49,752 bases of DNA from Candidatus Hydrogenedentes bacterium CG07_land_8_20_14_0_80_42_17 (GTDB lineage: Bacteria; UBA8481). A program made the position numbers and the translations under genes. The DNA is taken from contig PEWQ01000080.1 in NCBI GenBank assembly GCA_002780065.1, positions 7,435 to 57,186 on the forward strand. The letters are read 5' to 3'. The notes under the pieces were generated by a model that searched no databases, had not been told where the DNA came from, and saw only the letters and a program-made list of their open reading frames with translations. Positions 41,043 to 48,203 of this stretch are shown here, in pieces; position 1 is the stretch's first letter, and every line of letters starts with the position of its first letter.

Positions 41043-41888
41043 ATGTTAAGATATTTTCTCATGGCATTGCCCGGATCGGGGGATGCTTTCATTGCTGAAG
41101 CGATGCGTGCTGAAATTCTTCCCCTATTTATTGTCAGAATGGATAGCAATGATTTTTCCGAAGTAAACATTCCGTTAGTTTCACGAGACGAACTGACATC
41201 AGCATTAATTAAAGAATCTGAAATTGATTCTGTAATTGTTGCAGGATGGGAAGAAAAAATTCCATCATGGATATACTCTAGTACTAGAAGAGGCGGATGG
41301 AATATTCATCCATCACTTCTGCCAAATTATCGAGGGCACAATCCATACTTTTACGCAATTCGAGACGGATTGAAAGAAACGGGAATTACAGTTCATTCAT
41401 TGAGTGAAGAACTTGATTGCGGAGATATATTATTACAGAGGCGAATAGCAATTTCAAAAAGTGATACCATAGGGTCTCTATGGAAACGTTTGAATCAGCT
41501 TGGTGCGGAAGCAGGAATAGAAACCATTCGGCTTTTATCCGAAGGAGAAATTAAAACTTTTTGTCAACCGAAAGGAAAATATCCGACAGCTCCAAAAGTT
41601 AAATCCAGTGATTTTATTTTATCTTCGGAAATGAGTTGTGAAGAAGCTAACCGACTAGTAAGGGCATGCAATCCTTTCTATGGCGCCTATTATGAGATTA
41701 ATGGAAAGAAGATTAAAATATTCGAGGTTGATACTCTTGCTTGCAACCAAAAAAGAAAGAATCCAATTTTGCGTTTCAGAGATGGTGAATTGGCTGCAAC
41801 CATCATTGAAGATGAAGAATATGGGCTGATGTCCGGAGAAAAATACATTTCGAAATTGCGTGATAATTTAGTACAAGAGAAATCATAA
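41043..41888 (+). CDS. Formyltransferase-family protein (Fmt/ArnA-N-like)
   Basis: NIHPSLLPNYRGHNP and VHSLSEELDCGDILLQ motifs, plus a C-terminal Fmt_C-like region. At 281 aa it is shorter than typical Fmt, and no def gene is adjacent. Confidence 0.7.
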   Translation: MLRYFLMALPGSGDAFIAEAMRAEILPLFIVRMDSNDFSEVNIPLVSRDELTSALIKESEIDSVIVAGWEEKIPSWIYSSTRRGGWNIHPSLLPNYRGHNPYFYAIRDGLKETGITVHSLSEELDCGDILLQRRIAISKSDTIGSLWKRLNQLGAEAGIETIRLLSEGEIKTFCQPKGKYPTAPKVKSSDFILSSEMSCEEANRLVRACNPFYGAYYEINGKKIKIFEVDTLACNQKRKNPILRFRDGELAATIIEDEEYGLMSGEKYISKLRDNLVQEKS

Positions 41889-41902
41889 ATTAGGAGAAAG
41901 TC

Positions 41903-42595
41903 ATGAAAATTATTTTACTTGGAGAAATTGAAAACGGTTCAGCTGAATACATTAAAGACAATGTGCGAGAAATGGGCCATGAATTAATTCATGTGCCGTC
42001 ATCGATGCGGCTTCCGAAACTTATTTTTTCTTATGATGTTCTTATTATAAGCGATTATCCGGCAAAAAAAATTTCATCTTCAACAGCAAAGTTAATCATA
42101 AAAAATACGGCTGCAGGGGCACGCTTGATAATGATAGGAGGCTGGGACAGTTTTAATGGCAGAGGAAATGGCTATTACGGACATCAATTAGAAAAAATTC
42201 TGCCTGTAAAATTATTAAAAAAAGATGATCGGATGAACATTGCTCAAGGACTTTTGCTATATCCGAATTATAAAAAGTATTTTCCTGTAAAACTCGATTG
42301 GAAGAATGCACCGATTATTTGCGGTTACAATGAAACTGTTCCGCGCAATGATGCAGAAATTTATGTTTATGCTAAACCGATAAAAGCAGCTAAGAATAAA
42401 ATATTTTTTGGCAAGCCGGTACCTTTGGTTGTTGCTAGCGGATACGGTTTTGGACGAACGGTGGCATGCATGACGGATTTGACGCCGCATTGGTGCGGCG
42501 GGCTTGTTGATTGGGGAAAAAATAGAAAAAGACTAAAGAGCGTTGAAGTTGGAGATATGTATGGAAAATTTATTCGCTTATTGCTTGAGATATAG
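41903..42595 (+). CDS. Hypothetical protein, possibly class-I glutamine-amidotransferase-like (ThuA/DUF1355-like) fold
   Basis: Flavodoxin-like N-terminus (MKIILLGE...) and LIMIGGWDSF. No catalytic triad is recognisable by eye. Confidence 0.35.
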   Translation: MKIILLGEIENGSAEYIKDNVREMGHELIHVPSSMRLPKLIFSYDVLIISDYPAKKISSSTAKLIIKNTAAGARLIMIGGWDSFNGRGNGYYGHQLEKILPVKLLKKDDRMNIAQGLLLYPNYKKYFPVKLDWKNAPIICGYNETVPRNDAEIYVYAKPIKAAKNKIFFGKPVPLVVASGYGFGRTVACMTDLTPHWCGGLVDWGKNRKRLKSVEVGDMYGKFIRLLLEI

Positions 42596-42699
42596 TGACG
42601 ATAAAATCATGATCTATGTCGGAACAGAATTGAATAATAAATGTTGAGACTTATATCCTGAATAAAATGTCATTTTGTTTATGGCCGGCAAGCGGTGCA

Positions 42700-43326
42700 A
42701 TGAATTCACGTGCATTTCGTTTAATGCTCGCGATTGTCTTCTCATTTACAATTTGGTCAGCAATAGCTCCAGTGGACTACGCAACATGGTTTTTCGAACT
42801 ATTCATTGGCATGATATGTGTTGTGATTCTTGTCTATACTCGTAGACAATTTCAATTTTCTGAATTCTTTTATTATGTAGTTGCAGTTCATTACATAGTG
42901 CTTGCTTGCGGCGCTAAGTATACTTATGCAGACATGCCTCTCTTTAATTGGATGCGAGATGTTTTTGCTCTTTCACGAAATCATTTTGATCGAGTCGGAC
43001 ATTTTATGCAAGGGCTTACACCAGCTCTTTTGACGCGCGAACTTTTGGTCAGAACCGAATCAGTACGCAATCGAAAACTCCTTGCGATTCTTTCGGCAAG
43101 CGTTGCAGTTGCATTCAGCGGTATGTATGAAGTGTTAGAATGGCTTTGGATTTCAGTATTTTATCCAACACAAGGAGTAGAATGGCTCGGCATGCAAGGA
43201 GACCCTTGGGATGCTCAAGGAGATATACTGGCGGCATTTTTAGGAGCATGTGTTGCTGTGACAATTTTGGGTGTTGTGCATGATCGGTCTATAAAGAGAA
43301 CACGGGATTCGAGATTAAAACATTAG
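42700..43326 (+). CDS. yjdF: YjdF-family inner membrane protein (DUF2238)
   Basis: GAKYTYADMPLFNW...SRNHFDRVGHFMQGLTPALLTRELL...YEVLEW motifs. The ORF is open from 42667. Confidence 0.75.
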   Translation: MNSRAFRLMLAIVFSFTIWSAIAPVDYATWFFELFIGMICVVILVYTRRQFQFSEFFYYVVAVHYIVLACGAKYTYADMPLFNWMRDVFALSRNHFDRVGHFMQGLTPALLTRELLVRTESVRNRKLLAILSASVAVAFSGMYEVLEWLWISVFYPTQGVEWLGMQGDPWDAQGDILAAFLGACVAVTILGVVHDRSIKRTRDSRLKH

Positions 43327-43366
43327 GGAATAATTGCGAAATAATATGTGATGAGGGAACAATTAA

Positions 43367-43759
43367 TTACAGCAAAGCATCATCAATCTTTAAATTTATT
43401 TGTGAAGTGCCTACAGCATTTAATAATACATTGAATTCTTCTTCATGAATTTTTGGCACAGGAATTTCTAATTCATTACTAAATATTTTTTTAATTTTAA
43501 GTAATTGCTTCAACTCATTTTCATTAGAAATTTTCCGTGAGAGATAGATATCGATTAACCATCGAATAAAAATTGATGAAAAGATATTTAAATTAGACAG
43601 CATCGAGATCAGCTTAAGTAGTTCAACGGTTTTGCGCGGGAAATAATTTTTTCTACCTCTTTTGACAATTTCCAGTGAATAAGTTGAGACCCAATAATTG
43701 ATATTACGCCTGCTGATTCCTGTTTCCGCTAAAACATTTTCTATTGGTAATTCATCCAT
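43367..43759 (-). CDS. Hypothetical DNA-binding protein with a MerR-like N-terminal HTH
   Basis: IENVLAETGISRRNINYWVSTYSL...RKNYFPRKTVELLKLI follows the MerR HTH-wing pattern. The C-terminus is unassigned. Confidence 0.45.
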   Translation of the reverse strand: MDELPIENVLAETGISRRNINYWVSTYSLEIVKRGRKNYFPRKTVELLKLISMLSNLNIFSSIFIRWLIDIYLSRKISNENELKQLLKIKKIFSNELEIPVPKIHEEEFNVLLNAVGTSQINLKIDDALL

Positions 43760-43808
43760 GAAAGAAGGATATTGACTGCATGGAGAAAACGCAATTCAAT
43801 CTTAAGCG

Positions 43809-44369
43809 ATGAAATCAAATTTGAAAAATTCATCAGATTTAGAAAAGACATTAATGCAGTTCGTTCGAGCATGCGTGGAGTCGGCTGTTAAAAATATGCC
43901 TATGCCTCTTACGCCCGAAATTAATTTACTCAATGACTTTAGAGGCTGTTTTGTCACATTGAAAAAGCTCGGTAATTTACGCGGATGCATTGGAATGTTG
44001 GAACCTCAGATGCCATTAAAGAAGGCAATACCTGAGATGGCAGAGGCGGCGGCATTACGTGATCCGCGATTTCCCCGCGTGACACCGGATGAGCTCGAAG
44101 AGCTCCAAATTGAGCTTTCGATATTGACTCTTCCGCACCGCGTAAATTCTATAGATGAGGTTATGCCTGGCCGCGATGGAATAATAGTTTCATATAGAGG
44201 AAGGCGCGGCTGTTATCTCCCGCAAGTGGCGGTAGAAACAGGATGGAGCGCTGAAAAATTTGTAATGAACTGTGCAAGAGAGAAGGCAGGCATTGATCGA
44301 AGAGATGTTGAAGAAGGAAATGCAACTTTGGAAATTTTTCAAGCAGATATTTTTGAAGAAAAAAAATAA
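43809..44369 (+). CDS. AMMECR1-domain protein (AmmeMemoRadiSam system protein A-like)
   Basis: GCFVTLKKLGNLRGCIG, LRDPRF, ELQIELSIL motifs. An alternative start is ATG 43854. Confidence 0.85.
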   Translation: MKSNLKNSSDLEKTLMQFVRACVESAVKNMPMPLTPEINLLNDFRGCFVTLKKLGNLRGCIGMLEPQMPLKKAIPEMAEAAALRDPRFPRVTPDELEELQIELSILTLPHRVNSIDEVMPGRDGIIVSYRGRRGCYLPQVAVETGWSAEKFVMNCAREKAGIDRRDVEEGNATLEIFQADIFEEKK

Positions 44370-44443
44370 TTGAAATTTGACTTAACTTCTTGACATTTAC
44401 TCATTGTTCGAAAGATATTGGTTATAGTTGAAGGAGGTTATGA

Positions 44444-44827
44444 GTGAAAGAGTCGTTACTAATAATATTGACAGTAAGTTTTTGTGTTCTTGTTGTTTAT
44501 GTGGTGCAGACGTTGCGCGAAGTTACTATGACATTGAAGACATATAGAAATTTAGAAAGCAGACTTATTCCGATACTCGATAATGCTCGGAGAATTACAG
44601 CGAATGTAGATGACATTACTCAGAAAGTTTTAATTCAGACTGCGAGGATTGAAAGTGCAACTGACAGCGCAGTAGGAATGATTGACGATGTAAAAGAGAC
44701 TGTAGACAAATATAATCGTTTTATTGCACAACCATTTATTAGGTTTAGCAGTATAATGAGCGGTGTTAAGAGTGCGGTTTCGATTTTGTTTAGAAGATCG
44801 AAAAAAGAAAAAAAGGAGGAGCAGTAA
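44444..44827 (+). CDS. DUF948-like membrane-anchored protein
   Basis: N-terminal TM segment plus a helical domain. GTG 44444 lies 6 nt after GGAGG. It is paired with a YtxH gene, as is commonly seen. Confidence 0.6.
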   Translation: MKESLLIILTVSFCVLVVYVVQTLREVTMTLKTYRNLESRLIPILDNARRITANVDDITQKVLIQTARIESATDSAVGMIDDVKETVDKYNRFIAQPFIRFSSIMSGVKSAVSILFRRSKKEKKEEQ

Positions 44828-44829
44828 AT

Positions 44830-45147
44830 ATGTGCGACAGGCATAATGAGTCTAGTGGATCGAATGCTTTGCTTTCATTTCTATTGGGCATGGGAATCGG
44901 GGGAGTGCTTGGCATTCTCTACGCGCCAAGTTCAGGAGAAGAGATGCGCAGGCGTTTAAAATATTACGCAGAAGAGACGGCTGACAAAGTAGTTAAAAAA
45001 ACTCAAGACATTCGAGAAGAAGCAGATGCTACGGTAAAAAAAGTGTCGAATGAATTTAAAGCAGGCAAGGAGAAGATTAAAGCCGCTTTGGATGCAGGAA
45101 AAAATGCATTCAAATGTGATAAGAATGAAGAAGAAGAAAATAATTAA
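44830..45147 (+). CDS. YtxH-domain protein
   Basis: LGMGIGGVLGILYAPSSGEEMRRRL is the YtxH signature. Confidence 0.8.
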   Translation: MCDRHNESSGSNALLSFLLGMGIGGVLGILYAPSSGEEMRRRLKYYAEETADKVVKKTQDIREEADATVKKVSNEFKAGKEKIKAALDAGKNAFKCDKNEEEENN

Positions 45148-45282
45148 AAAAAAATAAAAATATTACTTGAACATTCATTTTAGTTTCATAGTATTTCAGA
45201 TAGGAAAAGGCTGTGACAAAAAAATAATCAGCCGGCCCTAAGGGGCAAAAGGGAAATCTCCCACGAAAGGGGCGTGAACATA

Positions 45283-45366
45283 GTGGCAGCGAAAAAGAAG
45301 GCGACCAAGAAGGCGACCAAAAAAGCAACAAAAAAAGCAACAAAAAAAGCTACAAAGAAGAGGTAA
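45283..45366 (+). CDS. Micro-ORF encoding a 27-aa lysine-rich repeat peptide (M)AAKKKATKKATKKATKKATKKATKKR
   Basis: Own promoter (TTGAAC 45167-45172, 16 nt, TAGTAT 45189-45194, with an A-tract upstream). AAGGGG RBS about 10 nt before GTG 45283. An intrinsic terminator follows immediately. The tandem 12-nt units use varied synonymous codons. Coding status is unproven. Confidence 0.5.
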   Translation: MAAKKKATKKATKKATKKATKKATKKR

Positions 45367-45374
45367 GGTAAAGG

Positions 45375-45399
45375 TGCGCTCGAACTAGAGCGCATTTTT
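45375..45399 (+). terminator. Rho-independent terminator
   Basis: TGCGCTC-GAACTA-GAGCGCA followed by TTTTT. Confidence 0.8.
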
Positions 45400-45449
45400 G
45401 GATAGAGCCATTTTTATGAAACAATGTTTTCAGTTATGACTCTAGGTTG

Positions 45450-45479
45450 GGCTCCGCAATTGCGGAGCCTTTCTTTTTT
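45450..45479 (+). terminator. Second plus-oriented rho-independent terminator
   Basis: GGCTCCGC-AATT-GCGGAGCC followed by TTTCTTTTTT. Confidence 0.75.
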
Positions 45480-45513
45480 AATTTCCAAGAGATTTTTAAA
45501 TATAGTGCAGTTA

Positions 45514-47196
45514 TTAATGAGACTGAATAAAATGCAGTAAAGCTTTTTGCCAACGAAGATGCCGATTTGAAATCATAGTGTAGAGCTGTTCGCTCGACGA
45601 TGATTTTGCATTGATGAGTCTTACAAGTTCAATACGATTTTGGCGATTCCATTTTTTTATTTCATCTTTGACAAGAAATGCTATCAGGATTAACTCGTTT
45701 GACAGAATGGAGTTCGAAATCTTTGCACCCAGAATTCGACTCATTGCTTTTCTTGCGTCTTTGACTGCTGACTCACGACTGCCGTCGTAATGAGATGCGA
45801 TTAGTTCAGTAACTGCGAATCCTATCTTTGCGTATGGAGTTTCTCCGAGCAGAGGAACATTGTAATCTTCAAGTTTTAGATGGAGATGTTTCTTTGCTAA
45901 TTTACGGAGCATATTTGGCGAGGAACGATAATCAGGATTATTTTTAATTCGCATTCGCTCTGCTTCAACTAGTTTAAGATGCTCTTCGTTTATCGGTCTA
46001 AAACCAAGTTTGTAATAAAACCAAAATGCTCCCGATTTTATTCCCTCTTCATCATTATGTCCGATTTGAGAGTTCATGATTGATAATGCTTTTGCTTCAG
46101 TATGATGGCGGATTACTCTGAGAAGCTGAATATAAATCCATGCTGATTCGCCGCCTCTGAATGTATCGAAAACATTTGCCGCAATCTCAGTACAACCGAA
46201 CAGCGAACTGAAACATCCGTAACCTAAAGGCAGTCCATTTTTCAAAAACAGAAATCCCCAAAGACTTTCCAGAGGAAGCCGGCGTTCAGGAAGAATTCCG
46301 ATTGTGAGAATCGACAAACCTCGCTCCAGCGTGTAAAGATTAATATCATTGAGATTACCGTGGGAGATTGGAAACATTTCGCGAAGCCTTGCCGACAAAG
46401 CTGATTTAGCTAGATCAAGCAATTCGATTGAATTATTTTCACGACATATCTGCCGCGAAAAAATAGGAAGCTGACGCTTTATTTCTGATAGTACATCAGG
46501 AATATTTCTTAGCAGAGGCTCTTTGTGGTAATAAATATTTGCATGCGGCAGAAAAGTGTTTGTTCGAGAAGACTGCGGGTCGAGCAGTTTCCATCGAATA
46601 GGAATTTTCATTGAATCGTAAAGATGGTCTCGAATTTTCGGAGCGACATTTAGTTTTGCGATTCTTTGTGTAAGCAACGTCAAATTTTTTTTCTTTCCGG
46701 AAGCTTTACTGAACCATTGTTTTATACTTGTATTTTCATCATCGATGCCTAGTTCCTCTGAAGCTCCGGATAAAATCGGAGCAATATTTTGTAGAGGCTC
46801 ATCATCTTCAAATAAGTCCCATGCTATCTCTGCATTTTGCGGATATTTTTCTGCCAGCCATTTTGCAATTGGAAAATCGAATGTATTTGTGAGCGATGTA
46901 TTAATAATTCCGGAATCATCGAGAAAATGCTTTGACTTGATTTTAATTTTGGATCGTAACTTTTTGAGACAAGAGGAAACTGTCAGAAAGATTTTTTCGT
47001 TATCAGGATATGCATAGAGAAAAAGCAAGAGTTCGTGCAACTGCAGAATCCATTTTGAGCTAGTTGAATTTAAATTAGGGAACGGCATTGATGCTATTGA
47101 ATCGAGTAGTTTTATTTTTAATGCGGGATTATTTTCGCTTCGTATTTTATTTAGTTTTGAAATTAATCGTTTCCACTGTAATTCCCGAGCAGTCAT
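45514..47196 (-). CDS. Hypothetical 560-aa protein, no family recognised; possible GNAT-like core in the C-terminal half
   Basis: Long uninterrupted ORF with ordinary composition. Only a weak motif is visible (GAFWFYYKLGFRP, reminiscent of the GNAT motif-B end). No SD sequence precedes the ATG. Confidence 0.75.
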   Translation of the reverse strand: MTARELQWKRLISKLNKIRSENNPALKIKLLDSIASMPFPNLNSTSSKWILQLHELLLFLYAYPDNEKIFLTVSSCLKKLRSKIKIKSKHFLDDSGIINTSLTNTFDFPIAKWLAEKYPQNAEIAWDLFEDDEPLQNIAPILSGASEELGIDDENTSIKQWFSKASGKKKNLTLLTQRIAKLNVAPKIRDHLYDSMKIPIRWKLLDPQSSRTNTFLPHANIYYHKEPLLRNIPDVLSEIKRQLPIFSRQICRENNSIELLDLAKSALSARLREMFPISHGNLNDINLYTLERGLSILTIGILPERRLPLESLWGFLFLKNGLPLGYGCFSSLFGCTEIAANVFDTFRGGESAWIYIQLLRVIRHHTEAKALSIMNSQIGHNDEEGIKSGAFWFYYKLGFRPINEEHLKLVEAERMRIKNNPDYRSSPNMLRKLAKKHLHLKLEDYNVPLLGETPYAKIGFAVTELIASHYDGSRESAVKDARKAMSRILGAKISNSILSNELILIAFLVKDEIKKWNRQNRIELVRLINAKSSSSEQLYTMISNRHLRWQKALLHFIQSH

Positions 47197-47473
47197 AAAA
47201 TTATGATAATTTTATTCAGAAAGATATACAACAGGAACATTGTACGTGACTCAAGGATTTTTTAATGCAAGGCGCGGATGAAGCTAACAGTGAGTCCGGA
47301 CCCGAACTTCACTTTTCATTCAATGCAACGTGAGTGTTGCTAAAGTAGCAATATCGTAATTCAATATTCAATTCATTATAATAGCTGTGTCCCCAAGTGT
47401 AATTCTCCACCCGCGGCTTGCTCTTTGCTGTTCGATTTGCTTTTGTTTTGAAAGCAAGATTCATCGATACAGC
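47197..47473 (-). ncRNA. Long structured 5' leader or cis-regulatory RNA of the 560-aa gene (class unknown)
   Basis: A near-consensus minus-strand promoter lies at 47480-47508. A 5' hairpin spans about 47424-47468. A 17-nt long-range helix pairs 47405-47421 with 47267-47283; it has 16/17 pairs on the minus strand (3 G-U) but only 14/17 on the plus strand. Confidence 0.5.
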
Positions 47474-47479
47474 GTAGGG

Positions 47480-47508
47480 AGAATATAAAGAGTCATTTCA
47501 AATGTCAA
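47480..47508 (-). promoter_or_regulatory. Sigma70-type promoter (minus strand): TTGACA-17 nt-TATTCT
   Basis: The plus strand shows AGAATA (47480-47485) and TGTCAA (47503-47508), exactly 17 nt apart. Confidence 0.6.
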
Positions 47509-47561
47509 ATAACTTTTTCTATTCATTTCAAATTACTTTCAAATAAAGGTGAAAAAATAAA

Positions 47562-47590
47562 TTGTATACGAACGTATACTAAATTAGAAT
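47562..47590 (+). promoter_or_regulatory. lexA promoter (TTGTAT-17 nt-TAGAAT) overlapped by the palindrome GTATACG-AA-CGTATAC (candidate LexA operator)
   Basis: The palindrome is at 47564-47579. The -10 element ends 7 nt before ATG 47598, which implies a leaderless or near-leaderless mRNA. Confidence 0.55.
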
Positions 47591-47597
47591 TAGGCTT

Positions 47598-48203
47598 ATG
47601 CGAATGAAAAAAAGAATTATAACTCAAGAGAGAATTTTATTATTACAGAGATATTTACGCAAAAATGGAAAGTTACCTTCATTTCGCGAGCTTGGAGTTT
47701 TGCTAGGATTTAAATCTCCAAATGCAAGCGCCAGATTTTATCGAGCAATTGAGCAAGCCGGTTATATTCGAAGAGATGGAACGAAACTTATTTCAACTTC
47801 ATTGCTCGCCGGTTTTAAATGTTACAGTTCAATAAGCGCAGGATTTCCCAGCCCGGCTGAAGATGAGTTATGCGATGTAATATCTTTAGAGGAGTATTTA
47901 ATCGGAAATAACGAGTCGGTATTTTTAGTCAAAGTTTCAGGTGACTCGATGATAGGCGCAGGGATCATGCCGGGAGACATCATAATAGTTAATCGAGGAG
48001 CGGATCCCATATCAAATGACATAGTTGTTGCAGAAGTGGATGGAGAATGGACTCTGAAATATTTTATAAGAACCAAGCATGGAGTAATTTTGAGAGCGGC
48101 GAATGATTCATATCCGGACATACTTCCGAAGAACGAATTGCGGATAGGAGGAGTAGTCACAGGAGTCGTCAGACGTTATTACGGAGGAACTCGGGAATCA
48201 TGA
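47598..48203 (+). CDS. lexA: LexA-family repressor (winged HTH plus S24 peptidase with a UmuD-like cleavage region)
   Basis: N-terminus LPSFRELGVLLGFKSPNASARFYRAIEQAGYI, Ala-Gly cleavage site in SISAGFPSPAED, Ser in VSGDSM, Lys in EWTLKYF. Confidence 0.85.
   Translation: MRMKKRIITQERILLLQRYLRKNGKLPSFRELGVLLGFKSPNASARFYRAIEQAGYIRRDGTKLISTSLLAGFKCYSSISAGFPSPAEDELCDVISLEEYLIGNNESVFLVKVSGDSMIGAGIMPGDIIIVNRGADPISNDIVVAEVDGEWTLKYFIRTKHGVILRAANDSYPDILPKNELRIGGVVTGVVRRYYGGTRES

Noticed and set aside
44440-44547. Alternative ATG-initiated 35-aa Cys-rich frame (MSERVVTNNIDSKFLCSCCLCGADVARSYYDIEDI) overlapping the DUF948 start
   Set aside because: The ATG is only 2 nt from the GGAGG, which is too close. 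GTG 44444 has proper spacing and yields a family-typical TM protein.
45110-45343. 77-aa minus-strand ORF opposite the YtxH end and the K-rich micro-ORF
   Set aside because: It is a low-complexity Phe/Leu/Ser translation of the poly-A/K-codon region. It runs through a plus-strand promoter and has no RBS.
47260-47425. RNase P RNA-like strings (GAGTCCGGAC resembling GAAAGUCCGGGC; TCTCCACCCGCGGCTTG resembling ACUCCACCCGGAGCAAG)
   Set aside because: The spacing between the two strings is far too short. The conserved ACAGAANCCGGCUUA 3' P4 strand and the GGUAAGAGCGCACC module are absent. Large parts of the interval are AT-rich and unstructured. The matches are probably coincidental, and the region is better explained as a minus-strand structured leader.
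47265-47434. Small frames in the 400-bp lexA-upstream gap (plus-strand 22-aa MQGADEANSESGPELHFSFNAT at 47265-47333; minus-strand 31-aa MNLAFKTKANRTAKSKPRVENYTWGHSYYNEL starting near 47463)
   Set aside because: They have no RBS and no hydrophobic or toxin-like character, and they overlap helices of the predicted structured RNA. They are not reported as genes.
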